NCBI RefSeq assembly: GCF_011745625.1
Contig: NW_027191452.1
Coordinates: forward strand, 1,364,001-1,390,480
Reading direction: 5' to 3'
DNA length: 26,480 nucleotides
From: Cladosporium halotolerans
Lineage: Eukaryota
In this document: one piece after another, positions 1 through 10,661 of the stretch
Layout: each line of letters starts with the position of its first letter
Numbering within the stretch: the first letter of the stretch is position 1
The notes under the pieces: model-generated
What the model was told of the DNA's origin: nothing
The model's input: only the letters and a program-made list of their open reading frames with translations
Database searches by the model: none
Made by a program: the position numbers and the translations under genes

Positions 1-2
1 GC

Positions 3-1028
3 CTTCTTCATCAGGCTCCGATACGCGGTCGGCCGCTCGTTATCAACAGCTCTATTCATTTGTTGCAAACATTCATCTTCTTCTATTACCAGCATCCAGC
101 GGTTCTGATATGCTGGACACTCGGACAGCAAGCATTCAACGCCGCTATGATCATCATCCTTGACGCGTGGGAGACGGGCAACGACCAGAACATGTGGCTT
201 GTGGATCAGGCGTTGGCTGTCTTCACTGATCTGCAATGCAACCGTGTCCACAAGCTGGCCGAGTTAGCAGTCACGCGTATTACCAACGGTATCGTCACGG
301 TACGGGAACGCCAACAGAAAACTCAAGATGCCGCGGCCGCCGCAGCCGCTGCAGCCATGTCTCGTCGCTCAAGCCAGCAGCAACAACAACACCAGCAACG
401 ACAGACCCAAAACATCAACCAGTCATCCCCACCTGTACCCGCGTACCCCCTGTATCAACCCAGCCTCGGACTCGAGAACCCCGGCTCATCCCTTGACTTC
501 TCCGGCGACACCGTCATGGGTAATACGGGCATGTTTCTCCTAGAAGACCCAGGCTTACAGTCCACCAACCCAGCCACCCAGCACTTTGCACCTTGGAGCC
601 TCTCCCTCCCAGCGTCAGCCGCTGGAAGCAGCCCTCATTCCTCCTCCGGCAGTCCCACCGCCCCACCCACCACAGGCTACTTTTCATCGCCCTCCGTCTC
701 CGTCAGCAACGTCCCCATCGCCCCTTTTCCAGTAATGTCGCCCTCCTTCCAACCGACTATGGTGCCCATGCCCGCGAACCCCTTCGCCGTGGGCTTGCAG
801 CCTCGCATGCCGACCGGCGCAAGAGCACAGCAGACCGCTGATCCTGCTCTCGCGGCCCAGCAACCGCAATTCCGACAACCGCAACTGCAAGCGCAGAGGC
901 GACCCTCGCGCAATGACTTCTCGCCCTACGCCGCTCAAGCCGCTGCGCGCGGCAGCGTGAGCCAGGGGCAGGGACACCGCGTCGAGAGGCCTACTTCTGC
1001 GAGGAGCCGGAGTGGGCGGAATAGGTGA
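3..1028 (+). CDS. 5'-truncated CDS; probable C-terminal part of a fungal-specific (Zn2Cys6/MHR-type) transcription factor
   Basis: The frame is open from position 3 (LLHQAPIRGRPLVINSSIHLLQTF...) to TGA at 1026-1028. A helical segment (LICWTLGQQAFNAAMIIILDAWET...HKLAELAV) resembles the end of a fungal TF middle-homology region. It is followed by polyA/polyQ and an S/P-rich tail. The DNA-binding domain would lie outside the window, so the product call is inferred. Confidence 0.65.
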   Translation, partial: LLHQAPIRGRPLVINSSIHLLQTFIFFYYQHPAVLICWTLGQQAFNAAMIIILDAWETGNDQNMWLVDQALAVFTDLQCNRVHKLAELAVTRITNGIVTVRERQQKTQDAAAAAAAAAMSRRSSQQQQQHQQRQTQNINQSSPPVPAYPLYQPSLGLENPGSSLDFSGDTVMGNTGMFLLEDPGLQSTNPATQHFAPWSLSLPASAAGSSPHSSSGSPTAPPTTGYFSSPSVSVSNVPIAPFPVMSPSFQPTMVPMPANPFAVGLQPRMPTGARAQQTADPALAAQQPQFRQPQLQAQRRPSRNDFSPYAAQAAARGSVSQGQGHRVERPTSARSRSGRNR

Positions 1029-1939
1029 TCGAAGGGGTTTGGTTTGGCTGGCCGGCAATGACGTGCCTTGCGGCCCTCCGCACCGCGAATGAATGAGCCG
1101 CGTGACATTTGGGTGTTTCTATATTGTTTCATTTCAGAGCGCGCACATATACCCAATCAGCATGGTTTTCCGAGAGAGATTCCACGAAGAAAGAGGAGGA
1201 AAACGCAGCGAGCTTTGGGTTTTGGGTTGTCTTACTTTGCTCTCTTCTCATCGGACAGTGGACAGGAGGAGGATGGAGAGGGGTTCTGTTAGGAAGAGTA
1301 GAGTTTGGCTTTTTGGTCGTAGGCGGAGCTTCACAGCTATGAGTCGGAAAAAAGAAGAATGCTGTATCAGTATGGCAGGTTCTTGTACGCTATGAAACAT
1401 CACTATTTTGGACTCACGAACGGTTCCAAGCGCATCTGGCGGGATGTAATACGATTCTCTTGTGTTTTTTCGCAATTGGACCGAGACGAACGTTGCACTG
1501 GCACTCACAGTAAGGTGAAACGACGATTGAAAAGATAGGAGCCCAATGTCATTTCATGGTCTATGATAATCCCAAAGCAAAGCAAGACGCCTTCGTAATC
1601 GCTGACCGAATGTCTCCAATCCGTCGTAGGGGAATAATAAAGATGCCTGGGGTGTTATACGTGTGTGAAAGAAGAGACGCCCGCTGTCCAGAAAGTGAAA
1701 GTATCCAATGTGCCTTGTGCATGGTGAGAGGAAATTTGGGGGCTCCAAGTGACAACGCCATCTTACGCCAGTGTTCGTCATGAGGTTGAGGGAGAGAGCA
1801 GGAGGAGCCAGGACAGACAGTCGATTTGACGCGTTGGCGTCTGAACGAATAACCGGTACTAGCTCAGCCAGCGCCTCGCCAAAGGTATCGCGCAGCGTCG
1901 AAGACTGGGTCCTTTCAAAAGGATCAAGTCGCGTGCCTA

Positions 1940-3415
1940 TCATTCGTTGAACACGTGCACCGGACAGCTGCCTCTCCCCTTGATGCCCCACCAGTCGCGA
2001 ATGCATTTGCGATGGAACTTGCACAGACACTCCAGCCTGCCCATCTCCTCGCCCGGCTGGAACTCTTCCATGCAGATTGTGCACTCCTGCTCCTTGCCCT
2101 CCCCGTCCACGCAGTCTTTCTCAGTGGCAACATAGGGGAAGATCCCACGAGATCTGTACGACATGGCGCGAGCGCGAGCGTTGGCTGCGGCGTCGGAAAT
2201 CGCAGGTGGTGTTGCGGAGGATGGGAGGTTGGGGTCGTTTGGATTTGTGGGTGGGATTGGTGTCGAGTTGAGCGCTGTTGGTGGGTTTGAAGGCGGCGTT
2301 GAGAAGCGGCTGCTGACGCATGATGATATGTGTGCTTCTCGCACGGCGTCGCCGGGTGGAAGCTCGATTCCGCAGACGGGGCATTCGTCTTCTTCCCGGA
2401 CCTGGCGGCGTCGTGGTTGAGGAAGTTGCTGAGCATGCGTACTGGACGATGGGCCTCCTGCCTGTTCATACCGATTCGTAGGAGCTGTCAAACCCCGAGG
2501 TCTGGGTGGACGATTGCTTGGATGGAGGGGATGGTGGGATCGCGGAGCACCACTCGAACTACTGATAGGAGCTGGAGTGGGCTGAGAGGCATGTGCAGCT
2601 GGTAAGAAGTCGCGGTAGGAAGGAAATCGAGAATCGTCCGGCTGTGTCCGGACGTTCGGCACAGGGACAGAAGGCCTCCGATGATACCGCGATTGTGCTG
2701 TCTCGCTCGATCTCCTCGAAGCAGTGGGTACAGTCCGGGGTCCTACCTCCTGGCCTTGCTGTGGTGCAGGCGGTGTCCACGGGTCTGGTACGCAAGGCTT
2801 GCAAACCCTCACTACCTCGGCGCCTCCCATCATGGGTGGCCCATCCTGTACTCCGGGTGGTTGTACAATGTATTCTCGGGGAATAGTGATCCTGTGCGGC
2901 GAGCAGTTTGCGCAAATCACTCGACCGCATTTCCTACAATGATGCTTTCGGAAGAGGAACCCAAACTCTTGCGCGCAGACCGGACATTTGGTGACTTCTG
3001 TGTCTGGCTGCCATGGGGGCGGTATCAGATCGCTGACCCTGCGTTGTGACATCGTGCTCTCTCGGCGGGGAGGGAAGGCGGTGAAGCCTACGCTGCCGGT
3101 GGTGTGCCCACGGATATGTCCTTGTTGTCGAGGAGGAGAGCTCAGGTTAATCGCGGTGGCTCTTGAACTGCCTGGTGCTACATAGGGATAATTGCGCCCT
3201 TGCTCGGCGGAGGTCAAGCGCCGTTTTCGCTCGGAGGACTCGTCGCGAGGGAGTGGAGGTCGGGGCAGCGTCGACGAGCCCGTGGCATGAGTTGTAGGGG
3301 TAGCGGAGGAGCGGACGGTGCCTCCAGCAGATCGTAGAAAATCAAGCCATGTCTGGTCGTCGTCGCGATCGATCTCGTTGGTCGAGGGGAAGGAGGCTTG
3401 GCTGCGGTCCGCCAT
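1940..3415 (-). CDS. PIB1: FYVE and RING-H2 domain E3 ubiquitin ligase (Pib1-like), 491 aa
   Basis: FYVE signature WQPD...CPVC...FRKHHCRKCGRVICANCS...VRVCKPC. C-terminal RING-H2 ECTICMEEF...RLECLCKFHRKCIRDWW...CPVH. Single uninterrupted ORF. Confidence 0.88.
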   Translation of the reverse strand: MADRSQASFPSTNEIDRDDDQTWLDFLRSAGGTVRSSATPTTHATGSSTLPRPPLPRDESSERKRRLTSAEQGRNYPYVAPGSSRATAINLSSPPRQQGHIRGHTTGSVGFTAFPPRRESTMSQRRVSDLIPPPWQPDTEVTKCPVCAQEFGFLFRKHHCRKCGRVICANCSPHRITIPREYIVQPPGVQDGPPMMGGAEVVRVCKPCVPDPWTPPAPQQGQEVGPRTVPTASRRSSETAQSRYHRRPSVPVPNVRTQPDDSRFPSYRDFLPAAHASQPTPAPISSSSGAPRSHHPLHPSNRPPRPRGLTAPTNRYEQAGGPSSSTHAQQLPQPRRRQVREEDECPVCGIELPPGDAVREAHISSCVSSRFSTPPSNPPTALNSTPIPPTNPNDPNLPSSATPPAISDAAANARARAMSYRSRGIFPYVATEKDCVDGEGKEQECTICMEEFQPGEEMGRLECLCKFHRKCIRDWWGIKGRGSCPVHVFNE

Positions 3416-3991
3416 ATGGTGGGCGGTGGAAGACGACGCGAGGTCGCGTGCGCATGCAATGATTGCAGGTGGGAGGGACTGTGAGGCGACGCCGCGATAA
3501 GGCTGCAGTGTTTACAGGACAGAGTGATTGTCTACGGCACAAACGATAGATCCGACTACGGCTATAGCAACAACAACAACGACAGCAGTGTTACCTAGTG
3601 CCAACGCATGCAACGGCTGCGGGACCCTCCTCTCTCACTCGCTCGTCGGCGTGGCGGTCGCGTGTCTTTCGTCACCGGGTCGCTTCTCCGCCGCCTCCGA
3701 CCCTCAACCTCCGCTGCTGACATCCCTCCGTCCTCCCCGCCCGGCTGCTCGGCGCTAGGCTCCGGCCAACTCCGTCGTCTGCAATTGGGCGGTTGATACA
3801 TCATAACGCGCAGCATAAGACTCTTGGTTCACCATCAATGCTTGGTCAGAAAATGCTACCCCTTGCCAAATGAAAATTGTACACTTTTCATTTGGAAAGG
3901 CATCACGTTTAGGAAATCATCTTGCCTCGATGCGCCAGCCACTCCAGAATTACTTCCGATGCTTGACAGTCTATTTCCTCTCTCGCCCCCG

Positions 3992-5997
3992 CTATCCGTG
4001 AAAGCTACCAGCACTCCCAAGGCTCTGCCCGAGGTTGCTGCTGTACCGTCTTGAGATGCCCTGGCTGCCCATCCCCAACGGAATCGAGACGCGCCTAGTG
4101 ACTCTCCGGGCCCCCTGTTCGCTCCTCGAATTCCTCCTACTACGAACAGGCGAGTGACGCATGCCATCAGCGTCTCTGACAGGGGACATGCCGGCCGAAG
4201 ATCTGGTTGTCGTACGGGATAACAATGGCCCTACACCGCCGTAGCCCTGCTCTTCTGCTTCCTCTTCTTCCCGCCGCAAAGAAGACACGAGCATTGGTCC
4301 AGGCTTGCCACCAGCGGCTTCAGCTTCGCCCTCCAGCGCCTCCGCTTGCAAAATGTCGTCTGCCTCATCATCGTCATCGCTGATCTCACCGTCGTCGTTT
4401 TGATCTCCACCGAAGCCTTCTCCCTCAACAAGGTAGAACACGGGGACTGCAGCAATGAAGCCAATTCCTGCTAGCAGCCACCAAGGAGCGATCACATAAC
4501 CCCTCTGAACACCGATGGTGAACATGCTACCAGCCAGTAAAGGACCGAGCGCTCTGCCGGTCGCAGAGAAAGACGTGGCGAACCCGTTCAGTGTGCCTAA
4601 GACTCTCAGACTGCTGGCCGAATTGGTGAGTAGAATGGTCGAGCATGGAAAGGCGAAGATGCCGCAGAGGCATTTGATCAGCATGACAACGAAAGCTGCG
4701 GCAGTCTGCGATTCCTGAGTAGAGAGTAGAGCCGTGAATGGGATCGCCAAGTAGCAGAGGGGGAAGATGCAGGCGCACCATTTGAGGCAGTATAGGATGC
4801 CAAAGCGCCGGGCAATTTGAGGGAACAAGAAGAACTGGACGAGCATGCCGAATATTCCGTAGAAAGTGCTTAGGAGACCGATGCGGAGGTGGTGTAACCC
4901 AAGACCCCCGGCGAATTTGATGGGGTTGCTGGGATGGAAGTCTGGCTCAAGCGGCGGGTACTGCATGAAAACGGGAAGGAGTTGATCGAACGCCATTGCG
5001 TGGGCGGCGAGAAGGGTGTAAGCGATGAGGTTCATGACGGCCTGGTAATTCATCACTTCACGCCATGAGGGCGGAGGCTGACGAGCCTTGGTTGGCCCCT
5101 CCGGAAATGCTTGCTCCTCATCTTCCGCATTTGGCTTAATGAGAGGTTCGGTCTCTCCATTCTCGAATTTTGATTCGCCATCCGAGAGATGCAGGGCTTG
5201 TTTTGTTTTCGAAGAACACTGCTTGGCGAATTTGTTGAGCTTCCGTCCAAGTAGTAATCCATAGTCACGTTGACCCCTCTTGGTCTCTAGAGTCTCCTCT
5301 AAGTAGAGCAGCCCGGTCGTGATACCGATAGCAAAGAAAATTGCGGAGACAATGTTGGGCAGCGCGTACGGAAATCTCTCGAACAAGCTCCCACCATCTC
5401 TCCTGTCACCGGGTACTACATCGAGTGGGTTTGCAAGAGCACCACCAATACTCGGCCCAAAGATACTCCCAATGTTCCATACCAGTGGCATCAAGCTGAA
5501 CGCCCTTGGCTGCAATTCCTTGAAGGGCACCATCTCTGCAACGGTTGTCCGAATGATGCCCACGTTCCCGTTGCCCGCTCCTGCTACAACTCTCGCCGCA
5601 ATAGCCACGGCCAAATTGGTGCTGAAGCCCCATACCAGACTAGTAATCATGGTTGAGGTCAGGCCAAGGAGGATGGCGGGCTTTCTCCCGTGGGTGTCGG
5701 AAAAGCGGCCCCAAGCGACGCCAAACAGGGCCTGCGACAGCGAGAAGACGGCAGCACAAATACCAGCCCATTTTCCTACTTCGTTCTGCGGTACGTTGAA
5801 ACTGCGGATCATCTCTGGGAGGTACGGGAACAGTGAGGTCGTAGCTATGGGCTCGGCGAATCGGCAGACAGCTGTGGGAAGAAAGGGTCAGACACGGCTT
5901 GGTGACACAGAGATACAAGAGACGCCGTACCAAGTATCGCCAATTGCTGCACGGGCAGCTTGCGCTCACGTGGAGCGTTTTGCGTCGCAGAAGCCAT
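3992..5997 (-). CDS. MFS transporter (ZIFL/YCR023C-like); exons 5997-5931 and 5871-3992
   Basis: ATG at 5997 gives MASATQNAPRERKLPVQQLAIL. A 59-nt GT-AG intron (5930-5872, GTACGG...CTGAC...CACAG) joins in frame to AVCRFAEPIATTSLFPYLPEMIRSF. MFS motif A (WGRFSDTHGRKP), multiple hydrophobic helices and an acidic, Ser/Arg-rich C-terminal tail are present. Confidence 0.92.
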
Positions 5998-6416
5998 GTC
6001 GGGCTGTCAAGAATGGGCGGTGTCTGAGGTTCAGTGGCGGTGGACAGCCCGCTCAGCTGACCAGCGGCAAGAAGAAGCTGTGAGGGCGTAATCGCACCCT
6101 CGCGCAGGCAATGAAGTCAGCCTCCATCGTGAAGGAGGCTGACTGCTGCACGGAGCGGTAAATAAGGCCCGCACCAACAAGACGTGATCAGCTGGGGCTT
6201 TACCCTCGGTCGGCGCTTTCGGCCTTTGCGAAATCCTGTCGGGGGATAGTGCCCGAGCCAGGGTCCGCAAAGTCTGTATAGCTTACTTACACTTCACCTC
6301 TGTCTGGGCAGCTGAGTAGGCTCGCCGCATGCATCAGCAACTTGAAGAGGCTTTGTGTGAAAGGTGTCAAAATGCTTCGCTTTCGAAGCTCGTTTCAAAG
6401 TTCTGGCTGCAGACGA

Positions 6417-8481
6417 TTATGGCCCTGAGGACCCAGCTGGGGGGCTTTTAATGGGCTCCACGAACGCGTCCAACCAGGACGGGCAAGCTGTCATCCGTAC
6501 CGTCAATTCGCTAACGGGACGAGACACATTCTGCGAGACGTTCCACAGGGTATGGTGAGCCCATACCACCCGCCTCCAGCCGCTGATTTGAAGGCGTCCC
6601 ACTGAGAGCTCGAGGAGCTCTCGACCTGCCTCATCTAGGATCGTCGCGTCGGAGAGGCCAAAGGCAGTGACTGCTGCAATTTCCTTGGAGTATCGCCGGC
6701 ATGCAGAGAAACTCTTCTCTAGTCGATATGACAACGTGTGACCGGTGCCCCTAGCAATGTCCAGTCCTCTGGCGTGCCGTGTCCATTACCGAGAACAGCA
6801 CGGCATCTCAGCTGTAATCAACGATTTTCTCAACCCTGGAGCCAAGCCCAAGGCTGGAGGACTTTCAAGCCGGCAAAACTTCTCAGCAACCACGACCCCA
6901 AGGGTATACGCGGACTCTGGCCGACAGCGCACTCCGAACATCCAGTGAAGGACGCCCAGCTCGTTCATCGTCAACTTGGAGACGCTCCGGGCTGAATTAG
7001 GGACGGCGGCCTGGCATGCGATCGGCTGACCATATGCTTCTCGATGAATCCTCTCCGTCCGGCTGGGTCCCTCTTCACTCTGTGGCTCACTTTGACTTAT
7101 CCTGGCCTTGCTTCAGACACGCCGTCTGCTTTCTGCTCGCAGTGGATCCATGCATCTGCTTGGCTCTTTCGCATTCGCATTCGCATTCACTGTTGCAAAG
7201 CCCAATCTCTTGGGTGAGACTGAGTCGATTCCCGACCTTGGGCATCCCAAGCTGTGGCCAGTCTCCAGGGCTGCTCCCAGAGTCTTGCTCGAATGTCTTG
7301 CCGGCCCCCGGTCAATGGTGCTCCCAAATTAGCAAGCCCCTTCGATACAGCGCTTCTTCGACGAATTCCTGACGATACTGCGATGCCATGCCAGACCTGA
7401 TGCAACACGGACGCGACCGTAGTGTCAATTGCCATTGGCAAACACTTAGCCCCGTCCCAATTTGGGTCCCAGAGAAGTCCAATCGCCAATTTCGCATCGG
7501 AATTTTCGTGCCGTTTGCCGGTACGGACCTCTTGCAAGTTCTCGCAAGGTGCGCAACTATCTTTGCCGATCTTATTCGCTGCCGCCCATGTCCCGATATC
7601 CAGTTCAGCTATGCCGCACTTGTTATCGCTTCCCAGCTGATGGAGGGTTCTTCACGTCTCCGTGCGAACCGTCAGGGGTTTTCTAAGCCTGCTGTCTGGC
7701 GCTGATCCGTCAAGAGTGGCTTTTGTGGTGTGCATCCAGACTGGTTACGAATGTTGGTGGCGAGCAACAAAGGTGTCCTTTGGCGTGCCTTCTCATCCTA
7801 CCATATTCTCTCTTGAAAGCTGGTCCTTCTCACACAGTCGGAGGGCGGTGTCTTTGTCGCCAAGGTCACCTCGCCCCAGTGTCGCTCCGTTGCCTGAGTG
7901 GCTCCGCCGCCCATGGTCGCCTTCACGCTGTGTCATCACGCCGCACCATGATTGCAGATCTATGTCATGGAAGATCCGCCGATCCAATGCCCTAGCGCTC
8001 TGGATCCCCCGGGGGGTTGCGCATTTGTCTTCCGTCGCGTCAATCCTGATGGTTGCTGTTTCGCGGCATGGCCATGACTCTCGGCCGTACGGTGTTGAGC
8101 ATTGTGTCGTATGATGGGATCAGGTCCCTGACAGAGTCGTCGTCGTCGTCGTGGTCATCGGTTTCTAGTGCCCTTGGTCGCGTTCGTGCGTTGGCCCGCA
8201 CCGGATCCCTCGCCCACTGGGCACAGAAAGCAGGAGTTCCTGCTCGCAGGCAAGGACTCGCGTCAAATCCAGCGATATGCTCTCGTCGTCGTTCATCTTA
8301 CCTCAAGCCGTTGTGGTGTTTGTGGGTTGGGGCCTAGCGACTTCGAACCGCTGGCCAGAGGGCCAGCATCGCGACAACTTGCGGACGGTTGAGGAGGATC
8401 ATCTGTCGCATACTGCTGAAGACTCTGGTCAATCAGATCTTCTTGGCGCGTGTTGATGTTCGTTGCGGGTCTAATGGGCAT
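6417..8481 (-). pseudogene. Possible decayed gene relic(s), unidentified
   Basis: Short protein-like minus-strand frames (e.g. QEFVEEALYRRGLLIWEHH; LETDDHDDDDDSVRDLIPSYD; IHREAYGQPIACQAAVPNS...LGVLHWMFG) are separated by stops and frame changes. A GTAAGA donor-like site lies near 8300. No family recognised; may be non-coding. Confidence 0.2.
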
Positions 8482-8598
8482 GAGGTGAGATGGCAGAGGG
8501 CAAGCAATGCGCCGCAGCGCTCGAGCGACCGTACTCCAACCCCCACGCCCATACCGCCGTGCAGCAGAACGAGCTCCGCTTGACGAGGAACATCAGTT

Positions 8599-9075
8599 TT
8601 CTCACACCATTGCAGCACCTTCAGAACAGGATGATACCCCTCAATAATGTGTGAGAAGGGTTGTAACATGGTTACGACAAGATACATCAACCTGCATGGA
8701 ATGCATCACCCCCTGGACGTCCTCTACAGCACCCTGCTCGTGGCTATGGATCACACCATTAGCTATGGTATATATTTTAATATTTTCCAATGACCGCTGC
8801 CCCCGCGGGCTCGGACCGCGGGGGGCTGCTAACTACTAACGGTGGAGCCGCGCTGCCTTGGCCTAGATAGTTTAGATAGCTGACTTTGGTTGTGCGAGAT
8901 GTGCTAACTATTCGTACACTAGTTCGATTCCCGGTCGCACCAGAAGACAAATCAGTTCGCCTGGTTTGCTTCTGACCGTGTCCCCTCGAGGGGGCACGGG
9001 GTATTCGTTTTGTAAATACAAACAACAACCCAATTCTTTTGGAGAATTTTTGTACGCTGGTTTGATGGCAAACGG
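8599..9075 (+). ncRNA. Candidate structured non-coding RNA or structured element terminus (unidentified)
   Basis: Several stems: 8599-8607/8649-8657; 8800-8808/8816-8824; 8941-8974; 8976-8999. G-U pairs work only on the + strand. B-box-like GTTCGATTC at 8922 and Sm-like AATTTTTG at 9045. Confidence 0.35.
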
Positions 9076-9399
9076 ACGTGATTGGTATTTGACACAACTC
9101 GGATGTTATTGCAATGGCGTCGTCGTTTGCTGCTTGAGGTCGATGAAGTCAGTGGTTGCTGCAGCGCTGCGCTTGGCGGAGCTTTTGGGGGCGGCCGAAA
9201 ACACACACGCCTGCAGCCGCATCACTGGTTGTTATTGTGCTTTTATTTGCTATTGGGCAAACACACCTTGCTACGCAGCGAAACAACAATCCGCATGGCG
9301 ATATTGGTGCATGGGTGTCGTGTGGGCGGTTGCGACGAGGAGGCCGATTCCCGTGCGATCGCTGCGTTGGCAACTCCTCTTCGCTCACCACCGTGCCAA

Positions 9400-9980
9400 C
9401 AGCGCTAGCATCTCGCTTGGAATAGCGATTGCGGTTTTGAAACACCTGAATACATCCTGCTATGGCCTGTTCACGCCCAGAAGTGTTTCCTTTCCTCCTG
9501 TTCCCTAGCAGCACTCAGCGAGCTGCTGTGAGCAGACAGGCAGCGGTCCGACCGCGAAGACTTTCGTACACCCGCGCAATCAGCGATTTCGCTCGATATA
9601 ATGCAAATGCAGGTTGAAAACACCTCAATGCACCTTAATATCGTGCATCCTCCCTCCTACGTGATTCACTTACTCCAGGCCCCTGTAAGCACTCAGCGAG
9701 CTGCTATGAGCAGACGAGCGGCCCGACCGCGTGAGACGCTCGTACATTGGCGCAAGCAGACATTTCGCTATTGACGATTTATGTGTAGGTTGAAAACACT
9801 TCAAAACGCAATGGCATGCTGTAGCCTTGCGCTTGTGTGTCCCTCTTACTCTAGGCCCCGCAAACCTGTCCACGAGCTGTTTCGAGCAAAGTCGCCCCCG
9901 ATCGTACAAGCGCTTTCCCCCTGGCGCGAGCCGTGTTCTCGCTCGACAACAGCCTAAATCACTGATAAAACATACAATCT
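9400..9980. repeat. Diverged tandem repeat, ~176-179-bp period, three clear units plus at least one partial
   Basis: The anchor CGAGCTG occurs at 9519, 9697 and 9873. The anchor GGTT(TT)GAAA(A)CAC occurs at 9433, 9612 and 9788, with GATAAAACATAC at ~9964. Units 9510-9628 and 9688-9804 align along their length (AGCACTCAGCGAGCTGCT[G/A]TGAGCAGAC...CCGACCGCG...TCGTACA...ATTTCGCT...AGGTTGAAAACAC[C/T]TCAA). Confidence 0.85.
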
Positions 9981-10661
9981 ATCAAGAATCATACTTAGAA
10001 GATGATGGAAGAACCGCCAGGGCCATCTTGAATTACCCAGCAAATACGAGAGCCAAAGGCCCGAACGAGCAGCATCTTCCCTGTCAAGGACTTAGCGGCA
10101 TCAGCCATGGCATGCGCTACGTTTTACATTGGCACACAAGAAGGAACATGGCACAAGTATAAGATCTCTGTAGAGCATTTGGGCCCCTTCGATCCATGGT
10201 CTTACGTATGATGAATGCTGCGCCTTCGGCGCCAGCTACATTGGTGGCTTCAGAGGGTGGGTTTGTGCAACGGAACAACCACGAAGGATGGCATACTGCC
10301 TTTCGATGGTGGTGCGAAACCGAGACTTAGCGGAGACCCGATCAATGAGCACAAGAGCGAAGACACGGTGCTTGAAACACCGTTACAACCGCTCTGTTTA
10401 CATGCGGCGCGGTGGTCGTACTTGAGTCGTTTCGACTTGGAAGAAGGAATATCGGTAAAGTGTAAGGGAGTGGGAGCCTCCAAGGCCTTGTGGGAGGGAT
10501 TTGCTCATGGCGCAGGGGGAGCATAGAACATCCAAGTCCAACTGGATCAGCTCCTTCCACAACAACATCGCGCTATCTGTCGAAAAGCCCGTCGAAACCA
10601 TGCGCTGTCATTCTCAGCAACAACTCCGCAGGAGATCTGCGGCTGCATTTTTAGAGATTCA

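Noticed and set aside
7171..7188. (GCATTC)3 and other micro-repeats, e.g. (TCG)n at ~8137 and (CAA)n at ~3568
   Set aside because: Ordinary short microsatellites with no further structure.
7291..7330. Minus-strand LLIWEHH*PGAGKTF resembling a NACHT Walker A motif
   Set aside because: The first Gly of GxxxxGKT is His, the next codon is a stop, and no Walker B or other NACHT sequence follows.
8850..8942. Intact tRNA gene (superficially Pro-TGG-like)
   Set aside because: The acceptor, anticodon and T stems do not pair; only the 3' 21 nt fit a tRNA.
8993..9052. GCACGGGGTATTC resembling RNase MRP CR-V or the U4 5' end; AACCCAATTC resembling RNase P CR-V
   Set aside because: The partner motifs (CR-I, or the rest of U4) are absent and the spacing is wrong.
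9510..9980. CRISPR array or hammerhead-containing retrozyme
   Set aside because: Eukaryotic context with no cas genes; units are homologous along their length rather than repeat-spacer; no CTGANGA...GAAA core on either strand.
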